Shown here: positions 11,048-22,715 of the stretch, piece after piece
Layout of the letters: the number at the start of each line of letters is the position of its first letter
Position numbering within the stretch: the stretch's first letter is position 1
Assembly: GCF_054482595.1 (NCBI RefSeq)
Contig: NZ_CM137008.1
DNA: 64,000 nt
Strand: one strand, 5' to 3'
The notes under the pieces: generated by a model
What the model was told of the DNA's origin: nothing
Databases searched by the model: none
Seen by the model: the letters and a program-made list of their open reading frames with translations, nothing else
Translations under genes and position numbers: made by a program

Positions 11048-12030
11048 CCCAACCCGTTCTGGACATTCAACAGCTGCATTTGAGTTTCCCCGGTTTTAAC
11101 GGTGATGTTCACGCGCTCAACAATGTGTCCTTGCAGATTAACCGCGGTGAAATTGTCGGTCTGGTGGGAGAATCCGGCTCAGGTAAATCAGTCACCGCAA
11201 TGCTGATTATGCGTCTGCTACCGACGGGCAGTTATTGCGTACATCGGGGGCAGATTTCACTGCTGGGAGACGATGTTCTTAACGCTCGGGAAAAACAGCT
11301 TCGTCAGTGGCGCGGCGCACGAGTGGCGATGATCTTTCAGGAACCGATGACCGCCCTCAATCCGACACGTCGAATAGGTCTTCAGATGATGGACGTGATC
11401 CGCCATCATCAACCAATAAGCCGTCGGGAAGCCAGAGCTAAAGCGATTGACCTGCTGGAAGAGATGCAAATCCCGGATGCCGTGGAAGTTATGTCGCGCT
11501 ATCCGTTTGAGCTTTCAGGTGGTATGCGCCAGCGGGTAATGATTGCGCTGGCATTCTCCTGCGAGCCGCAATTGATTATTGCCGACGAACCGACTACGGC
11601 GCTGGACGTCACGGTACAGTTGCAGGTACTGCGTTTGCTTAAACATAAAGCCCGCGCCAGTGGAACTGCGGTACTGTTCATCAGCCATGATATGGCCGTG
11701 GTATCGCAACTGTGCGATAGCGTTTACGTGATGTATGCCGGAAGCGTAATTGAAAGCGGCGTGACGGCAGACGTTATCCATCATCCCCGGCATCCGTATA
11801 CCATTGGTTTGCTGCAATGCGCACCAGAACATGGAGTACCACGCCAGCCATTACCCGCCATTCCAGGGACGGTACCAAACCTCACCCATTTGCCTGACGG
11901 CTGCGCTTTTCGCGATCGTTGCTATGCGGCAGGTGCACAGTGTGAAAACGTCCCGGCGCTGACAGCGTGTGGTGACAACAACCAGCGCTGCGCCTGTTGG
12001 TATCCGCAGCAGGAGGTCATAAGTGTCTGA
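11044..12030 (+). CDS. ddpD: ABC transporter ATP-binding protein DdpD
   Basis: 328-aa ORF; Walker A GESGSGKS and signature LSGGMRQR seen. Confidence 0.9.
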   Translation: MTQPVLDIQQLHLSFPGFNGDVHALNNVSLQINRGEIVGLVGESGSGKSVTAMLIMRLLPTGSYCVHRGQISLLGDDVLNAREKQLRQWRGARVAMIFQEPMTALNPTRRIGLQMMDVIRHHQPISRREARAKAIDLLEEMQIPDAVEVMSRYPFELSGGMRQRVMIALAFSCEPQLIIADEPTTALDVTVQLQVLRLLKHKARASGTAVLFISHDMAVVSQLCDSVYVMYAGSVIESGVTADVIHHPRHPYTIGLLQCAPEHGVPRQPLPAIPGTVPNLTHLPDGCAFRDRCYAAGAQCENVPALTACGDNNQRCACWYPQQEVISV

Positions 12031-12949
12031 CACGTTATTAACGTTACGCGACGTCCATATCAATTTCCCGGCCCGTAAAAACTGGCTTGGTAAAACTACG
12101 GAACATGTTCATGCCATTAATGGTATTGATTTACAGATCCGCCGTGGTGAAACCTTAGGGATCGTCGGCGAGTCAGGCTGCGGCAAAAGCACCCTCGCAC
12201 AGCTTTTAATGGGTATGCTGCAACCGAGCCACGGGCAATACATCCGTTCTGGCTCACAACGCATTTTGCAGATGGTGTTTCAGGACCCGCTCTCTTCGCT
12301 CAATCCGCGCTTACCGGTGTGGCGCATCATCACAGAACCGCTCTGGATAGCTAAGCGTAGTAGTGAACAACAGCGGCGAGCGTTGGCAGAGGAGCTGGCT
12401 GTGCAGGTGGGTATTCGTCCGGAGTATCTCGACCGCCTGCCTCATGCGTTCTCCGGCGGGCAGCGGCAACGCATCGCCATTGCCAGAGCACTCTCTTCGC
12501 AGCCTGACGTGATTGTGCTTGATGAGCCAACCTCAGCGCTGGATATCTCCGTGCAGGCGCAGATCCTCAATTTACTGGTAACGCTACAGGAAAATCACGG
12601 GCTGACTTATGTGCTGATTTCACACAATGTCTCGGTGATACGTCATATGAGCGATCGGGTGGCGGTGATGTATCTCGGGCAGATTGTGGAATTAGGGGAA
12701 GCGCAACAGGTGCTAACGGCTCCGGCACATCCATACACCCGATTATTGCTGGATTCTCTCCCCGCCATTGATAAACCGCTGGAGGAAGAATGGGCATTAC
12801 GTAAAACGGATCTGCCGGGAAACCGCACGTTGCCGCAAGGCTGTTTTTTCTACGAACGTTGCCCTCTGGCAACCCACGGATGTGAAGTCCGGCAATCATT
12901 AGCAATAAGGGAGGACGGACGTGAGCTCCGGTGCTGGCGGGCGCTGTAG
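12023..12949 (+). CDS. ddpF: ABC transporter ATP-binding protein DdpF
   Basis: 308-aa ORF; Walker A GESGCGKST and signature FSGGQRQR seen. Confidence 0.9.
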   Translation: MSDTLLTLRDVHINFPARKNWLGKTTEHVHAINGIDLQIRRGETLGIVGESGCGKSTLAQLLMGMLQPSHGQYIRSGSQRILQMVFQDPLSSLNPRLPVWRIITEPLWIAKRSSEQQRRALAEELAVQVGIRPEYLDRLPHAFSGGQRQRIAIARALSSQPDVIVLDEPTSALDISVQAQILNLLVTLQENHGLTYVLISHNVSVIRHMSDRVAVMYLGQIVELGEAQQVLTAPAHPYTRLLLDSLPAIDKPLEEEWALRKTDLPGNRTLPQGCFFYERCPLATHGCEVRQSLAIREDGRELRCWRAL

Positions 12950-13004
12950 AGATGCTAACAACGCATCAGGCATTCACGCGCCTGACGCGTCATCCGGCAA
13001 TGCT

Positions 13005-13436
13005 TTACGATTTCAACTGGTAATCCAGCGTAATTTCCGCTTTCAGTACCTGAGAGACCGGGCATCCTGCTTTTGCTTTCTGGATGATGCCGTCAAAGGT
13101 AGAGGCATCAATACCCGGCACCGCAACTTCACTCTTCAGTGCGATTTTCGTAATCGCAAAACCGGCATCCACTTTATCCAGCGACACATCGGCGGTGGTA
13201 TCAATCGATGTTGGCGTAAATCCCGCTTCCCCCAGCATTAATGAAAGCGCCATTGAGAAACATGCGGCATGCGCTGCGCCAATCAGTTCTTCAGGGTTAG
13301 TTCCTTTTTCGCCTTCAAAACGCGTGTTAAATCCATACGGCTGTTGGTTCAGCACACCACTCTCGGTGGATACTGTTCCCTTCCCGCGTTTGATATCGCC
13401 TTCCCAGTGTGCCTGACCTTTCTTATGGATTGTCAT
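13005..13436 (-). CDS. osmC: Osmotically inducible peroxiredoxin OsmC
   Basis: 143-aa ORF beginning MTIHKKGQAHWEGDIKRGKG; OsmC/Ohr family. Confidence 0.95.
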   Translation of the reverse strand: MTIHKKGQAHWEGDIKRGKGTVSTESGVLNQQPYGFNTRFEGEKGTNPEELIGAAHAACFSMALSLMLGEAGFTPTSIDTTADVSLDKVDAGFAITKIALKSEVAVPGIDASTFDGIIQKAKAGCPVSQVLKAEITLDYQLKS

Positions 13437-13781
13437 TGTTGCTCTCCTGTGGGCTTAAAAAGGAAATTATAGACTACGTGAGAAACAGCACGAGGATAAG
13501 CAGGATATTCCGAATAAAAATCCGGCAGAAATATTACTTCTGCACTTAAATTAAATTTCCACAATAGATAACCGGGAATATATAACCCAAGAGATATTGC
13601 ATTAATATTAATCAACTCACCACAATAATAATACCTATCAATATCATGAGGTTAAAATATAAAAATCATCAACCAGGACTAATCTTAACAACGAAGCGGC
13701 AAATATTTGCCATGCTGAATGTGCTTTATAAATCTGCGATCCGTAGCAGACACCATAAATACACAGACACGGAGAATCACT

Positions 13782-13997
13782 ATGTTTACTTATTATCAGG
13801 CAGAAAATTCAACAGCAGAACCCGCTCTGGTTAATGCCATTGAGCAAGGCCTTCGGGCAGAGCACGGTGTTGTCACTGAAGATGACATTCTCATGGAGCT
13901 GACCAAATGGGTGGAAGCTTCTGATAACGACATCCTCAGTGATATCTACCAGCAAACGATCAATTATGTGGTCAGTGGCCAGCACCCTACGCTTTAA
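13782..13997 (+). CDS. bdm: Biofilm-dependent modulation protein Bdm
   Basis: 71-aa product MFTYYQAENS… within ORF 13719-13997; divergent from osmC as in K-12. Confidence 0.85.
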   Translation: MFTYYQAENSTAEPALVNAIEQGLRAEHGVVTEDDILMELTKWVEASDNDILSDIYQQTINYVVSGQHPTL

Positions 13998-14098
13998 GGT
14001 GCTATGCTTGATCGGCAACCTAATTTAGGGGTTTAGCACGTGTTTCTTCGCTACGGCGATGTTGTCCTTAAAACTAGCAACAGGATTGAGGAGTTAAA

Positions 14099-14236
14099 AT
14101 GAAATCGAACCGTCAGGCACGTCATATTCTTGGACTGGACCATAAAATTTCTAACCAGCGCAAAATAGTTACCGAAGGTGACAAATCCAGCGTGGTAAAT
14201 AATCCAACCGGCAGAAAACGCCCCGCTGAAAAGTAA
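14099..14236 (+). CDS. sra: Stationary-phase ribosome-associated protein Sra (45 aa)
   Basis: Hand-translated small [48 protein letters not shown], preceded by a GGAG Shine-Dalgarno; below the ORF-track length cutoff. Confidence 0.85.
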
Positions 14237-14392
14237 TTCATAACCATCAGTCCTCAATGACGATTAAACACCATTGCCTGCGCAATGGTGTTTTTGTTTT
14301 TATCTGCTTTATACTTGGGGCCGACGCCCTGGTGGTAAAGCAAAGACGATAAAAGCGTGCCAGGGATGGATATTCAAAAAAGAGTGAGTGAC

Positions 14393-16090
14393 ATGGAACC
14401 AAAAACAAAAAAACAGCGTTCGCTTTATATCCCTTACGCTGGCCCTGTACTGCTGGAATTTCCGTTGTTGAATAAAGGCAGTGCCTTCAGCATGGAAGAA
14501 CGCCGTAACTTCAACCTGCTGGGGTTACTGCCGGAAGTGGTCGAAACCATCGAAGAACAAGCGGAACGAGCATGGATCCAGTATCAGGGATTCAAAACCG
14601 AAATCGACAAACACATCTACCTGCGTAACATCCAGGACACTAACGAAACCCTCTTCTACCGTCTGGTAAACAATCATCTTGATGAGATGATGCCTGTTAT
14701 TTATACCCCAACCGTCGGCGCAGCCTGTGAGCGTTTTTCTGAGATCTACCGCCGTTCACGCGGCGTGTTTATCTCTTACCAGAACCGGCACAATATGGAC
14801 GATATTCTGCAAAACGTGCCGAACCATAATATTAAAGTGATTGTGGTGACTGACGGTGAACGTATTCTGGGGCTTGGTGACCAGGGCATCGGTGGGATGG
14901 GCATTCCAATCGGTAAACTGTCGCTCTATACCGCCTGTGGCGGCATCAGCCCGGCGTATACCCTTCCGGTGGTGCTGGATGTCGGGACCAACAACCAGCA
15001 GCTGCTTAACGATCCGCTGTATATGGGCTGGCGTAATCCACGTATCACTGACGATGAATACTATGAATTCGTTGATGAATTTATCCAGGCTGTGAAACAA
15101 CGCTGGCCGGACGTGCTGTTGCAGTTTGAAGACTTTGCTCAAAAAAATGCGATGCCGTTACTTAACCGCTATCGCAATGAAATTTGTTCTTTTAACGATG
15201 ACATTCAGGGCACTGCGGCGGTAACAGTCGGCACACTGATCGCAGCCAGCCGCGCGGCAGGTGGTCAGTTAAGCGAGAAAAAAATCGTCTTCCTTGGCGC
15301 AGGTTCAGCGGGATGCGGCATTGCCGAAATGATCATTTCCCAGACCCAGCGCGAAGGATTAAGCGAGGAAGCGGCGCGGCAGAAAGTCTTTATGGTCGAT
15401 CGCTTTGGCTTGCTGACCGACAAGATGCCGAACCTGCTGCCTTTCCAGACCAAACTGGTGCAGAAGCGCGAAAACCTCAGTGACTGGGATACCGACAGCG
15501 ATGTGTTGTCACTGCTGGATGTGGTGCGCAATGTAAAACCAGATATTCTGATTGGCGTCTCAGGACAGACCGGGCTGTTTACGGAAGAGATCATTCGTGA
15601 GATGCATAAACACTGTCCGCGTCCGATCGTGATGCCGCTGTCTAACCCGACGTCACGCGTGGAAGCCACACCGCAGGACATTATCGCCTGGACCGAAGGT
15701 AACGCGCTGGTCGCCACTGGCAGCCCGTTTAATCCAGTGGTATGGAAAGATAAAATCTACCCTATCGCCCAGTGTAACAACGCCTTTATTTTCCCGGGCA
15801 TCGGCCTGGGGGTTATTGCTTCCGGCGCGTCACGTATCACCGATGAGATGCTGATGTCGGCAAGTGAAACGCTTGCTCAGTATTCGCCGCTGGTCCTGAA
15901 CGGCGAAGGTCTGGTACTACCGGAACTGAAAGATATTCAGAAAGTCTCCCGCGCAATTGCGTTTGCGGTTGGCAAAATGGCGCAGCAGCAAGGCGTGGCG
16001 GTGAAAACGTCTGCCGAAGCTCTGCAACAGGCCATTGATGATAATTTCTGGCAAGCCGAATACCGCGACTACCGCCGTACCTCCATCTAA
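14393..16090 (+). CDS. maeA: NAD-dependent malic enzyme MaeA
   Basis: ORF 14357-16090; start placed at [10 protein letters not shown] to give 565 aa; malic enzyme family sequence. Confidence 0.9.
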   Translation: MEPKTKKQRSLYIPYAGPVLLEFPLLNKGSAFSMEERRNFNLLGLLPEVVETIEEQAERAWIQYQGFKTEIDKHIYLRNIQDTNETLFYRLVNNHLDEMMPVIYTPTVGAACERFSEIYRRSRGVFISYQNRHNMDDILQNVPNHNIKVIVVTDGERILGLGDQGIGGMGIPIGKLSLYTACGGISPAYTLPVVLDVGTNNQQLLNDPLYMGWRNPRITDDEYYEFVDEFIQAVKQRWPDVLLQFEDFAQKNAMPLLNRYRNEICSFNDDIQGTAAVTVGTLIAASRAAGGQLSEKKIVFLGAGSAGCGIAEMIISQTQREGLSEEAARQKVFMVDRFGLLTDKMPNLLPFQTKLVQKRENLSDWDTDSDVLSLLDVVRNVKPDILIGVSGQTGLFTEEIIREMHKHCPRPIVMPLSNPTSRVEATPQDIIAWTEGNALVATGSPFNPVVWKDKIYPIAQCNNAFIFPGIGLGVIASGASRITDEMLMSASETLAQYSPLVLNGEGLVLPELKDIQKVSRAIAFAVGKMAQQQGVAVKTSAEALQQAIDDNFWQAEYRDYRRTSI

Positions 16091-16096
16091 GCCTGC

Positions 16097-16128
16097 GCCC
16101 GGTAGTGAAGGCTACCGGGCAATTTTCC
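16097..16128 (+). terminator. Rho-independent terminator after maeA
   Basis: gcccggtagtgaaggctaccgggc hairpin followed by aattttcc. Confidence 0.7.
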
Positions 16129-16223
16129 TCTCCCTTTTTCAGATCTCATCCATACTGGGTAGTGGCGAATAAATCTCATTTGCCTCACCTGCTATGCAGA
16201 ACATCATCCGAAAAGGAGGAACT

Positions 16224-17234
16224 ATGAAGGCTGCAGTTGTTACGAAGGATCATCATGTTGACGTTACGGATAAAACACTGCGCTCACTGAAACATGGCGA
16301 AGCCCTGCTGAAAATGGAGTGTTGTGGTGTATGTCATACCGATCTTCATGTTAAGAATGGCGATTTTGGTGACAAAACCGGCGTAATTCTGGGCCATGAA
16401 GGCATCGGTGTGGTGGCAGAAGTGGGTCCAGGTGTCACCTCATTAAAACCAGGCGATCGTGCCAGCGTGGCGTGGTTTTACGAAGGATGCGGTCATTGCG
16501 AATACTGTAACAGTGGTAACGAAACGCTCTGCCGTTCAGTTAAAAATGCCGGATACAGCGTTGATGGCGGGATGGCGGAAGAGTGCATCGTGGTCGCCGA
16601 TTACGCGGTAAAAGTGCCAGATGGTCTGGACTCGGCGGCGGCCAGCAGCATTACCTGTGCGGGGGTCACCACCTACAAAGCCGTTAAGCTGTCAAAAATT
16701 CGTCCCGGGCAGTGGATTGCTATCTACGGTCTTGGCGGTCTGGGTAACCTTGCCCTGCAATACGCGAAGAATGTCTTTAACGCGAAAGTGATCGCCATTG
16801 ATGTCAATGATGAGCAGTTAAAACTGGCAACCGAAATGGGTGCAGATTTAGCGATTAACTCACGCACCGAAGACGCCGCCAAAATTGTGCAGGAGAAAAC
16901 CGGTGGCGCTCACGCTGCGGTGGTAACAGCGGTAGCTAAAGCTGCGTTTAACTCGGCAGTTGATGCTGTCCGTGCAGGTGGGCGTGTTGTGGCAGTCGGT
17001 CTGCCGCCGGAGTCTATGAGCCTGGATATCCCACGCCTTGTGCTGGATGGCATTGAAGTGGTCGGTTCGCTGGTCGGCACGCGCCAGGATCTAACCGAAG
17101 CCTTCCAGTTTGCCGCCGAAGGCAAAGTGGTGCCGAAAGTCGCCCTGCGTCCGTTAGCGGACATCAACACCATCTTTACCGAGATGGAAGAAGGCAAAAT
17201 CCGTGGCCGAATGGTGATTGATTTCCGCCGCTAA
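16224..17234 (+). CDS. adhP: Alcohol dehydrogenase AdhP (zinc-dependent, propanol-preferring)
   Basis: ORF 16194-17234; start placed at [11 protein letters not shown] to give 336 aa; GHEGIG zinc-ADH signature. Confidence 0.9.
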   Translation: MKAAVVTKDHHVDVTDKTLRSLKHGEALLKMECCGVCHTDLHVKNGDFGDKTGVILGHEGIGVVAEVGPGVTSLKPGDRASVAWFYEGCGHCEYCNSGNETLCRSVKNAGYSVDGGMAEECIVVADYAVKVPDGLDSAAASSITCAGVTTYKAVKLSKIRPGQWIAIYGLGGLGNLALQYAKNVFNAKVIAIDVNDEQLKLATEMGADLAINSRTEDAAKIVQEKTGGAHAAVVTAVAKAAFNSAVDAVRAGGRVVAVGLPPESMSLDIPRLVLDGIEVVGSLVGTRQDLTEAFQFAAEGKVVPKVALRPLADINTIFTEMEEGKIRGRMVIDFRR

Positions 17235-17380
17235 GAGGCCTTTGCTGCGACTGCCAGTCCTGGTGTCGCAGCATCGCACACTCTCCAACATGAAATGGCT
17301 AAATGGATTATTGTTGCGTAGGAAGGAACAATAATGATAGTGTTCCCAGAGAAGGAACGCTACTGAGAGTAAAGACACTA

Positions 17381-17665
17381 ATGAAAATGGCCAATCATCC
17401 CCGCCCGGGGGACATTATTCAGGAATCACTGGACGAACTTAATGTCAGCCTGCGCGAGTTTGCCAGAGCAATGGAAATTGCGCCCTCAACGGCAAGCCGA
17501 TTGCTGACCGGAAAAGCAGCTTTGACGCCAGAAATGGCAATTAAACTTTCCGTGGTGATCGGCAGTTCGCCGCAAATGTGGCTGAATCTGCAAAACGCCT
17601 GGAGTCTGGCAGAGGCTGAAAAAACGGTGGATGTGTCACGATTACGCCGTCTGGTTACGCAATAA
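17381..17665 (+). CDS. yddM: XRE-family HTH protein YddM (HigA-like antitoxin homolog)
   Basis: 94-aa product [31 protein letters not shown]… within ORF 17303-17665; HTH pattern. Confidence 0.75.
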
Positions 17666-17718
17666 AAAAATGGCACCTTATAAAGCGCCATTTGAAACTG
17701 ATGACAAACGCAACATTG

Positions 17719-17830
17719 CCTGATGCGCTACGCTTATCAGGCCTACACGTTCACTGCAATCTATTGGATTTGAACGGTTTGTAGGCCGGATAAGGCGTTC
17801 ACGCCGCATCCGGCATGAACAAAGCCTACG
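17719..17830. repeat. BIME with two REP palindromic units
   Basis: gcctgatgcgctacgcttatcaggcctac and gtaggccggataaggcgttcacgccgcatccggca, typical E. coli REP sequences. Confidence 0.85.
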
Positions 17831-17844
17831 TTGTCTACAATATG

Positions 17845-17873
17845 AAAATGGCGCTTCTTATAGCGCCATTTTC
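17845..17873. terminator. Bidirectional hairpin terminator between yddM and fdnI
   Basis: aaaatggcgct…agcgccatttt inverted repeat flanked by A/T runs on both sides. Confidence 0.6.
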
Positions 17874-17893
17874 AGCTTAAAGTTCAAAAGAGA

Positions 17894-18547
17894 TTATATC
17901 CCTTCTTCACTCTCTTTTTTCGCTTCTGCCTTCTCGATTTCACGATACCAGCGTGGATGGTGTTTCTTCGCCCAGCGACGGCTCACCTTCCCTTCGATCA
18001 TCCCTTTAATCGATCCTTTCACCCAAAATGCCATATACATATGGATCAGGATGGCGTGGATCAGGATGATACCCGCAGCCGCGTGGATCAGCAGGCTATA
18101 ACGGACAACCTGCATCGGGAAGTACTGCGCAAAGTACGGACGCCAGATAATCACCCCGGTCACCAACAGCACGAAAATCATGCTCATGATCGACCAGAAC
18201 ATCATCTTTTGCCCGGCGTTGTACTTACCGACATCCGCCACTTTGTGCTCATTGCCTTTTAATACTTCGACAATGTTCAACAGCCACGGAATATCTTTCT
18301 TATCCGGGATGTTGTGATGCACAAAACGCACAAACATAAACATCAGTGCGACGAAAATCGCAATGCCGAAGAATGGGTGCAAAATACGTCCCATCTGCGG
18401 CGTACCGAAGGTTTGCGTCAGCCATTGCAGCGTCGGGAAGAAGAACGAAATCCCGGACAGCGCCACCAGGAAGAAGCAAATCACCACGGTCCAGTGACAG
18501 GCGCGATCAATAAATTTGGTGCGCACAATCATTTTCGACTTACTCAT
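17894..18547 (-). CDS. fdnI: Formate dehydrogenase-N gamma subunit (cytochrome b556) FdnI
   Basis: 217-aa product from [10 protein letters not shown] within ORF 17894-18589; multi-TM; 8-nt overlap with fdnH stop. Confidence 0.9.
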
Positions 18548-19424
18548 GATGATCCTCCTCGTCATCGTCCACTTCCTTATTCGGGCCAATACCGATGTAG
18601 TGGAAAATCAACCCGGCAAAAGTGGCAATAAAGCCAGCCGCTGCCAGCGGTTTCAACGCGCCTTTCCACAGGCTTACCGAGGTGTCGATCTTCGGATCTT
18701 TCGGCAGACCGTGATACAGCTCCGGCTGATCGGCGTGATGCAGCACGTACATAACGTGCGTACCACCGACCCCTTCCGGGTTGTAGACGCCAGCATGTTC
18801 GTAACCACGCGCTTTCAGTTTCGCCACGCGCTGTTCCGCCAGCTCCAGCATCTCCTTCTTGGTGCCGAAGTGGATAGCCCCGGTCGGACAGGTTTTCACA
18901 CAAGCCGGTTCCTGGCCGACGCTGACGCGATCGACGCAGAGCGTGCATTTATATACCCGGTTATCCTCTTTGTTGAGGCGCGGAATATTAAACGGACACC
19001 CGGCAATGCAGTAACCACAGCCGATGCAGTTTTCCGACTGGAAATCGACAATCCCGTTAGCGTACTGAATGATTGCACCAGCAGACGGGCACGCCTTCAG
19101 GCAGCCGGGATCTTCACAGTGCATACAGCCGTCTTTACGGATCAGCCACTCCAGCTTGCCGTTCTGTTCGGTTTCGCTAAAGCGCATCACCGTCCAGGAC
19201 TTGGCGCTCAGATCGGCGGGGTTATCGTAAACCCCGACGCAGTGCCCCACTTCATCACGGATGTCGTTCCACTCCGAACACGCCACCTGACAGGCTTTAC
19301 AGCCGATACAGGTGGAAACGTCGATAAGTTTTGCGACTTCTGCTTTGTAATCACGCACCTGAGAAGGCGGCGTGATGGAGTTAGTTGCGGACCTTTTGAT
19401 AATGTCCTGCGTTTCCATAGCCAT
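18540..19424 (-). CDS. fdnH: Formate dehydrogenase-N iron-sulfur beta subunit FdnH
   Basis: 294-aa ORF with several CxxCxxCxxxCP ferredoxin motifs. Confidence 0.95.
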   Translation of the reverse strand: MAMETQDIIKRSATNSITPPSQVRDYKAEVAKLIDVSTCIGCKACQVACSEWNDIRDEVGHCVGVYDNPADLSAKSWTVMRFSETEQNGKLEWLIRKDGCMHCEDPGCLKACPSAGAIIQYANGIVDFQSENCIGCGYCIAGCPFNIPRLNKEDNRVYKCTLCVDRVSVGQEPACVKTCPTGAIHFGTKKEMLELAEQRVAKLKARGYEHAGVYNPEGVGGTHVMYVLHHADQPELYHGLPKDPKIDTSVSLWKGALKPLAAAGFIATFAGLIFHYIGIGPNKEVDDDEEDHHE

Positions 19425-19436
19425 CTGTTCGCCCCC

Positions 19437-22400
19437 TTACGCCTTCTCGATGTTGACTAAGAACGCTTTATATTCCGGCGTTTGCGAGTTTGCATCACCG
19501 ACATTCGGCGTCAGAGTGTTAGCGATATAACCTTTACGCGCGACACCCTCAAAGCCCCAGTGGATTGGAATACCCACCGTTTCAACCTGCTGACCATTTA
19601 CATTCAGTGGTTTCAGACGACGCGTTACCACAGCCACCGCGCGGATAAAGCCACGCTTGCTTGAGACAGTGACACGATCGCCATTATTAATGCCTTTCGC
19701 CGCCGCCAGCGTTTCGCTGATTTCCACAAACTGTTCCGGCTGAGCAATTGCGTTGAGCAATGCGTGCTTGGTCCAGGTGTGGAAGTGCTCGGTCAGACGA
19801 TAGGTCGTACCCACATACGGGAACTGCTCTTTTTTACCCATCCGCAGTGCGTCTTGTTCATACAGACGAACAACCGGGTTAGACACCACGTTCGGATGCA
19901 GCGGGTTAGTGCCCAGCGGCGTTTCAATCGGCTCGTAGTGTTCCGGGAACGGACCTTCCGCCATTTTGTTGATGGCAAACAGGCGTCCCATCCCTTCCGG
20001 CTGCATGATAAACGGCCCGGTTGGCGTACCCGGTGCGGCATTGCCGAAGTCAGGAATATCGTTACCCGTCCACTTGCTGCCGTTCCACTGGATCAGCATC
20101 CGTTTCGGATCCCACGGTTTACCGTTGATATCCGCCGAAGCACGGTTGTACAGCACGCGACGGTTGAGCGGCCACGCCCAGGCCCATCCCAGCGTATTCC
20201 CCAGACCGGACGGGTCGGAGTTATCGCGGTTAGCCATCTGGTTGCCCTGCTCTGTCCAGCTACCGGTGTAGATCCAGCAAGAAGATGCGGTTGTACCGTC
20301 ATCACGCAGATGCGCAAAGCTACTCAGCAACTGACCTTTCTTCGCAATCAGCACGCCATTAGCATCATAGAGATCTTCCAGCGCATAGCCGTTGTTCTCT
20401 TTAGCTACTTCGTCAGATTGCGGTTCGTGCGGCTGCTTGTAGTTCCAGCTCATCTTCATCAGCGGTTCTACGCCTTTACCACCTTCGGCCTGGTACAGCT
20501 CGCGCAGGTGATGGTAGATACCCGCCAGAATTTCACCGTCGTTACGCGCTTCGCCCGGCGCATCCTGACCTTTCCAGTGCCACTGCAGCCAGCGACCGGA
20601 GTTAGCAATAGAACCATCTTCTTCAGCAAAGCAGGTCGAAGGCAGACGGAATACTTCAGTCTGAATAGACGCCGGATCGACATCGTTCGACTCGCCGTGG
20701 TTCTGCCAGAAGGTTGAGGTTTCAGTCACCAGCGGATCGATAACCACCATGTACTTCAGCTTGCTTAGGCAGCTCACCACTTTGTTTTTGTCCGGGAAGG
20801 ACGCAACCGGGTTAAAGCCCTGGCAGAAATAACCGGTGACTTTGCCTTCATCCATCATGTTGAAATACTTGATGACGTCGTAGGTCTGGTCCCACTTCGG
20901 CAGCCAGTCATAGCCCCAGTTGTTCTCTTTCTGCGCGGCATCGCCATAGAAAGATTTCATCAGGCTAACGAAGAACTTCGGATAGTTGCTCCAGTAGTTC
21001 ACCTGACCAGCCAGCGTCGCTTTCGGCGTGTTCGCTTCCAGATACGACTGCAAATCAACCTGTTTTTCTGACGGCAGCGTCAGATAACCTGGCAGGCTGG
21101 TAGAGAGCAGACCTAAGTCAGTCAGACCCTGAATGTTGGAGTGACCACGCAATGCATTCACGCCGCCACCGGCCATACCCATGTTACCGAGCAGCAACTG
21201 GATCATCGCCATAGTACGGATGTTCTGCGCACCCACGGTGTGCTGCGTCCAGCCCAGCGCGTACAGGAAGGTGGTTGTGCGATTCGGTGCGCTGGTGGAG
21301 GCCAGCACTTCACACACTTTCAGGAAGTCGGCTTTTGGCGTACCACAGATGTTTTCAACAACGTCCGGCGTGTAGCGGGAAACGTGCGCTTTCAGCAGGT
21401 TCCACACACAGCGCGGATGAGTCAGTGTTTCATCGCGTTTCGCATAGCCGTTTTCATCGAACTGATAGTTCCAGGACGATTTATCGTATTGCCGTTTTTC
21501 AGCGTCGTAGCCGCTGAACAGACCGTCTTCGAAAGCAAAATCATCACGCACCAGCAGGCTGGCGTTGGTGTAATGCTTAACGTATTCGGCGTTGATTTTG
21601 TCGTTTTCGATCAGGTAGCGCAAAACGCCAGACAGGAACGTAATGTCCGTACCGGAACGAATAGGTGCGTAAATATCCGCCACAGAAGCGGTACGCGTAA
21701 AACGAGGATCGACAACGATCAAGGTTGCATCGTTGTTGTTTTTCGCTTCCATCGCCCAGCGGAAACCGACGGGATGCGCTTCAGCAGCGTTACCGCCCAT
21801 TACCATTACGACGTTAGCGTTTTTGATATCCACCCAGTGGTTGGTCATCGCACCGCGACCAAATGTTGGAGCAAGACTTGCTACCGTTGGTCCGTGTCAG
21901 ACGCGCGCCTGGTTGTCTACCGCCAGCATCCCGAGGGAGCGGGCAAATTTCTGTGTCAGCATCCCGGTTTCGTTGCTGGCACCGGAGGCACACAGCATAC
22001 CGGTAGAAAGCCAACGGTTTACCGTTACGCCCTGCTCGTTCTTTTCAATAAAGTTAGCGTCACGGTCAGCTTTCATCAGCTTTGCAATACGGGAGAATGC
22101 TTCTTCCCAGCTAATGCGCTGCCATTTGTCAGAACCTGGCGCACGATATTCCGGGTAGCGCAGACGGTTTTCGCTGTTGACGTAATCCAGCAAACCGGCC
22201 CCTTTTGGGCACAGCGCACCACGGCTTACCGGATGATCCGGGTCACCTTCAATGTGATAAATCGCTTCTCTGGCGTTTTTCGCGCCATCACCCAGGCTAT
22301 ACATCAATAGCCCGCAACCTACGGAACAGTATGTGCAGGTGTTACGGATCTCTTTAGCGCGTAATAATTTGTAGTTTCGCGCCTGAGCCAGTGCTTGCTT

Positions 22401-22484
22401 CGGGGCAAAGCCCAATGCCGCTACCGTTGTTCCAGCCATACCGCCCGCGCAGATTTTAAAAAATTGTCTGCGACTGACGTCCAT
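19437..22484 (-). CDS. fdnG: Formate dehydrogenase-N alpha subunit FdnG (selenoprotein; in-frame UGA at 21897-21899 read as Sec, codon 196)
   Basis: Track ORFs 21897-22484 (Tat signal RRQFFK, stops at TGA) and 19437-21848 are in the same frame and together give 1015 aa; molybdopterin oxidoreductase family. Confidence 0.9.
21855..21899 (-). other. Selenocysteine UGA codon and adjacent SECIS-like hairpin in fdnG
   Basis: TGA (plus-strand tca at 21897-21899) followed on the mRNA by a stem ggtagcaagtcttgctcc; FdnG is a known Sec enzyme. Confidence 0.7.
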
Positions 22485-22548
22485 TGCTTTCCTCTTTTTT
22501 CAGGGGTATTACTGCGCGAGGAAACTAACAGTAAAATTCTGAATCTTT

Positions 22549-22562
22549 TTGCGCGAAATCAA
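22549..22562 (-). promoter_or_regulatory. Candidate FNR half-site pair in the fdnG promoter region
   Basis: TTGCG-N4-ATCAA resembles TTGAT-N4-ATCAA, about 65-80 bp upstream of the fdnG start; fdnGHI is known to be anaerobically induced. Confidence 0.4.
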
Positions 22563-22715
22563 AAAGAACACGTGTTTGCCACAAAATAATCCGCCTGCGC
22601 AAATTGACCTACCTCAATAGCGGTAGAAAAACGCACCACTGCCTGACAGGCCAGTTAAAAAAATGCTATAAAATTCAGCTTAATTTTTAACGGCAAGAGA
22701 GACAAAACAGCGAGC

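Noticed and set aside
12950-13004. Possible REP element between ddpF and osmC
   Set aside because: Only partial similarity (…gcctgacgcgtcatccggca…) to the REP consensus; more likely a simple convergent-terminator hairpin.
18516-19460. 314-aa plus-strand ORF overlapping fdnH
   Set aside because: Antisense to the Fe-S subunit gene, whose cysteine motifs are unambiguous on the minus strand.
19764-22310. Plus-strand ORFs of 317 aa and 389 aa overlapping fdnG
   Set aside because: Antisense to the well-supported fdnG selenoprotein gene; Arg-rich composition with no recognisable domain.
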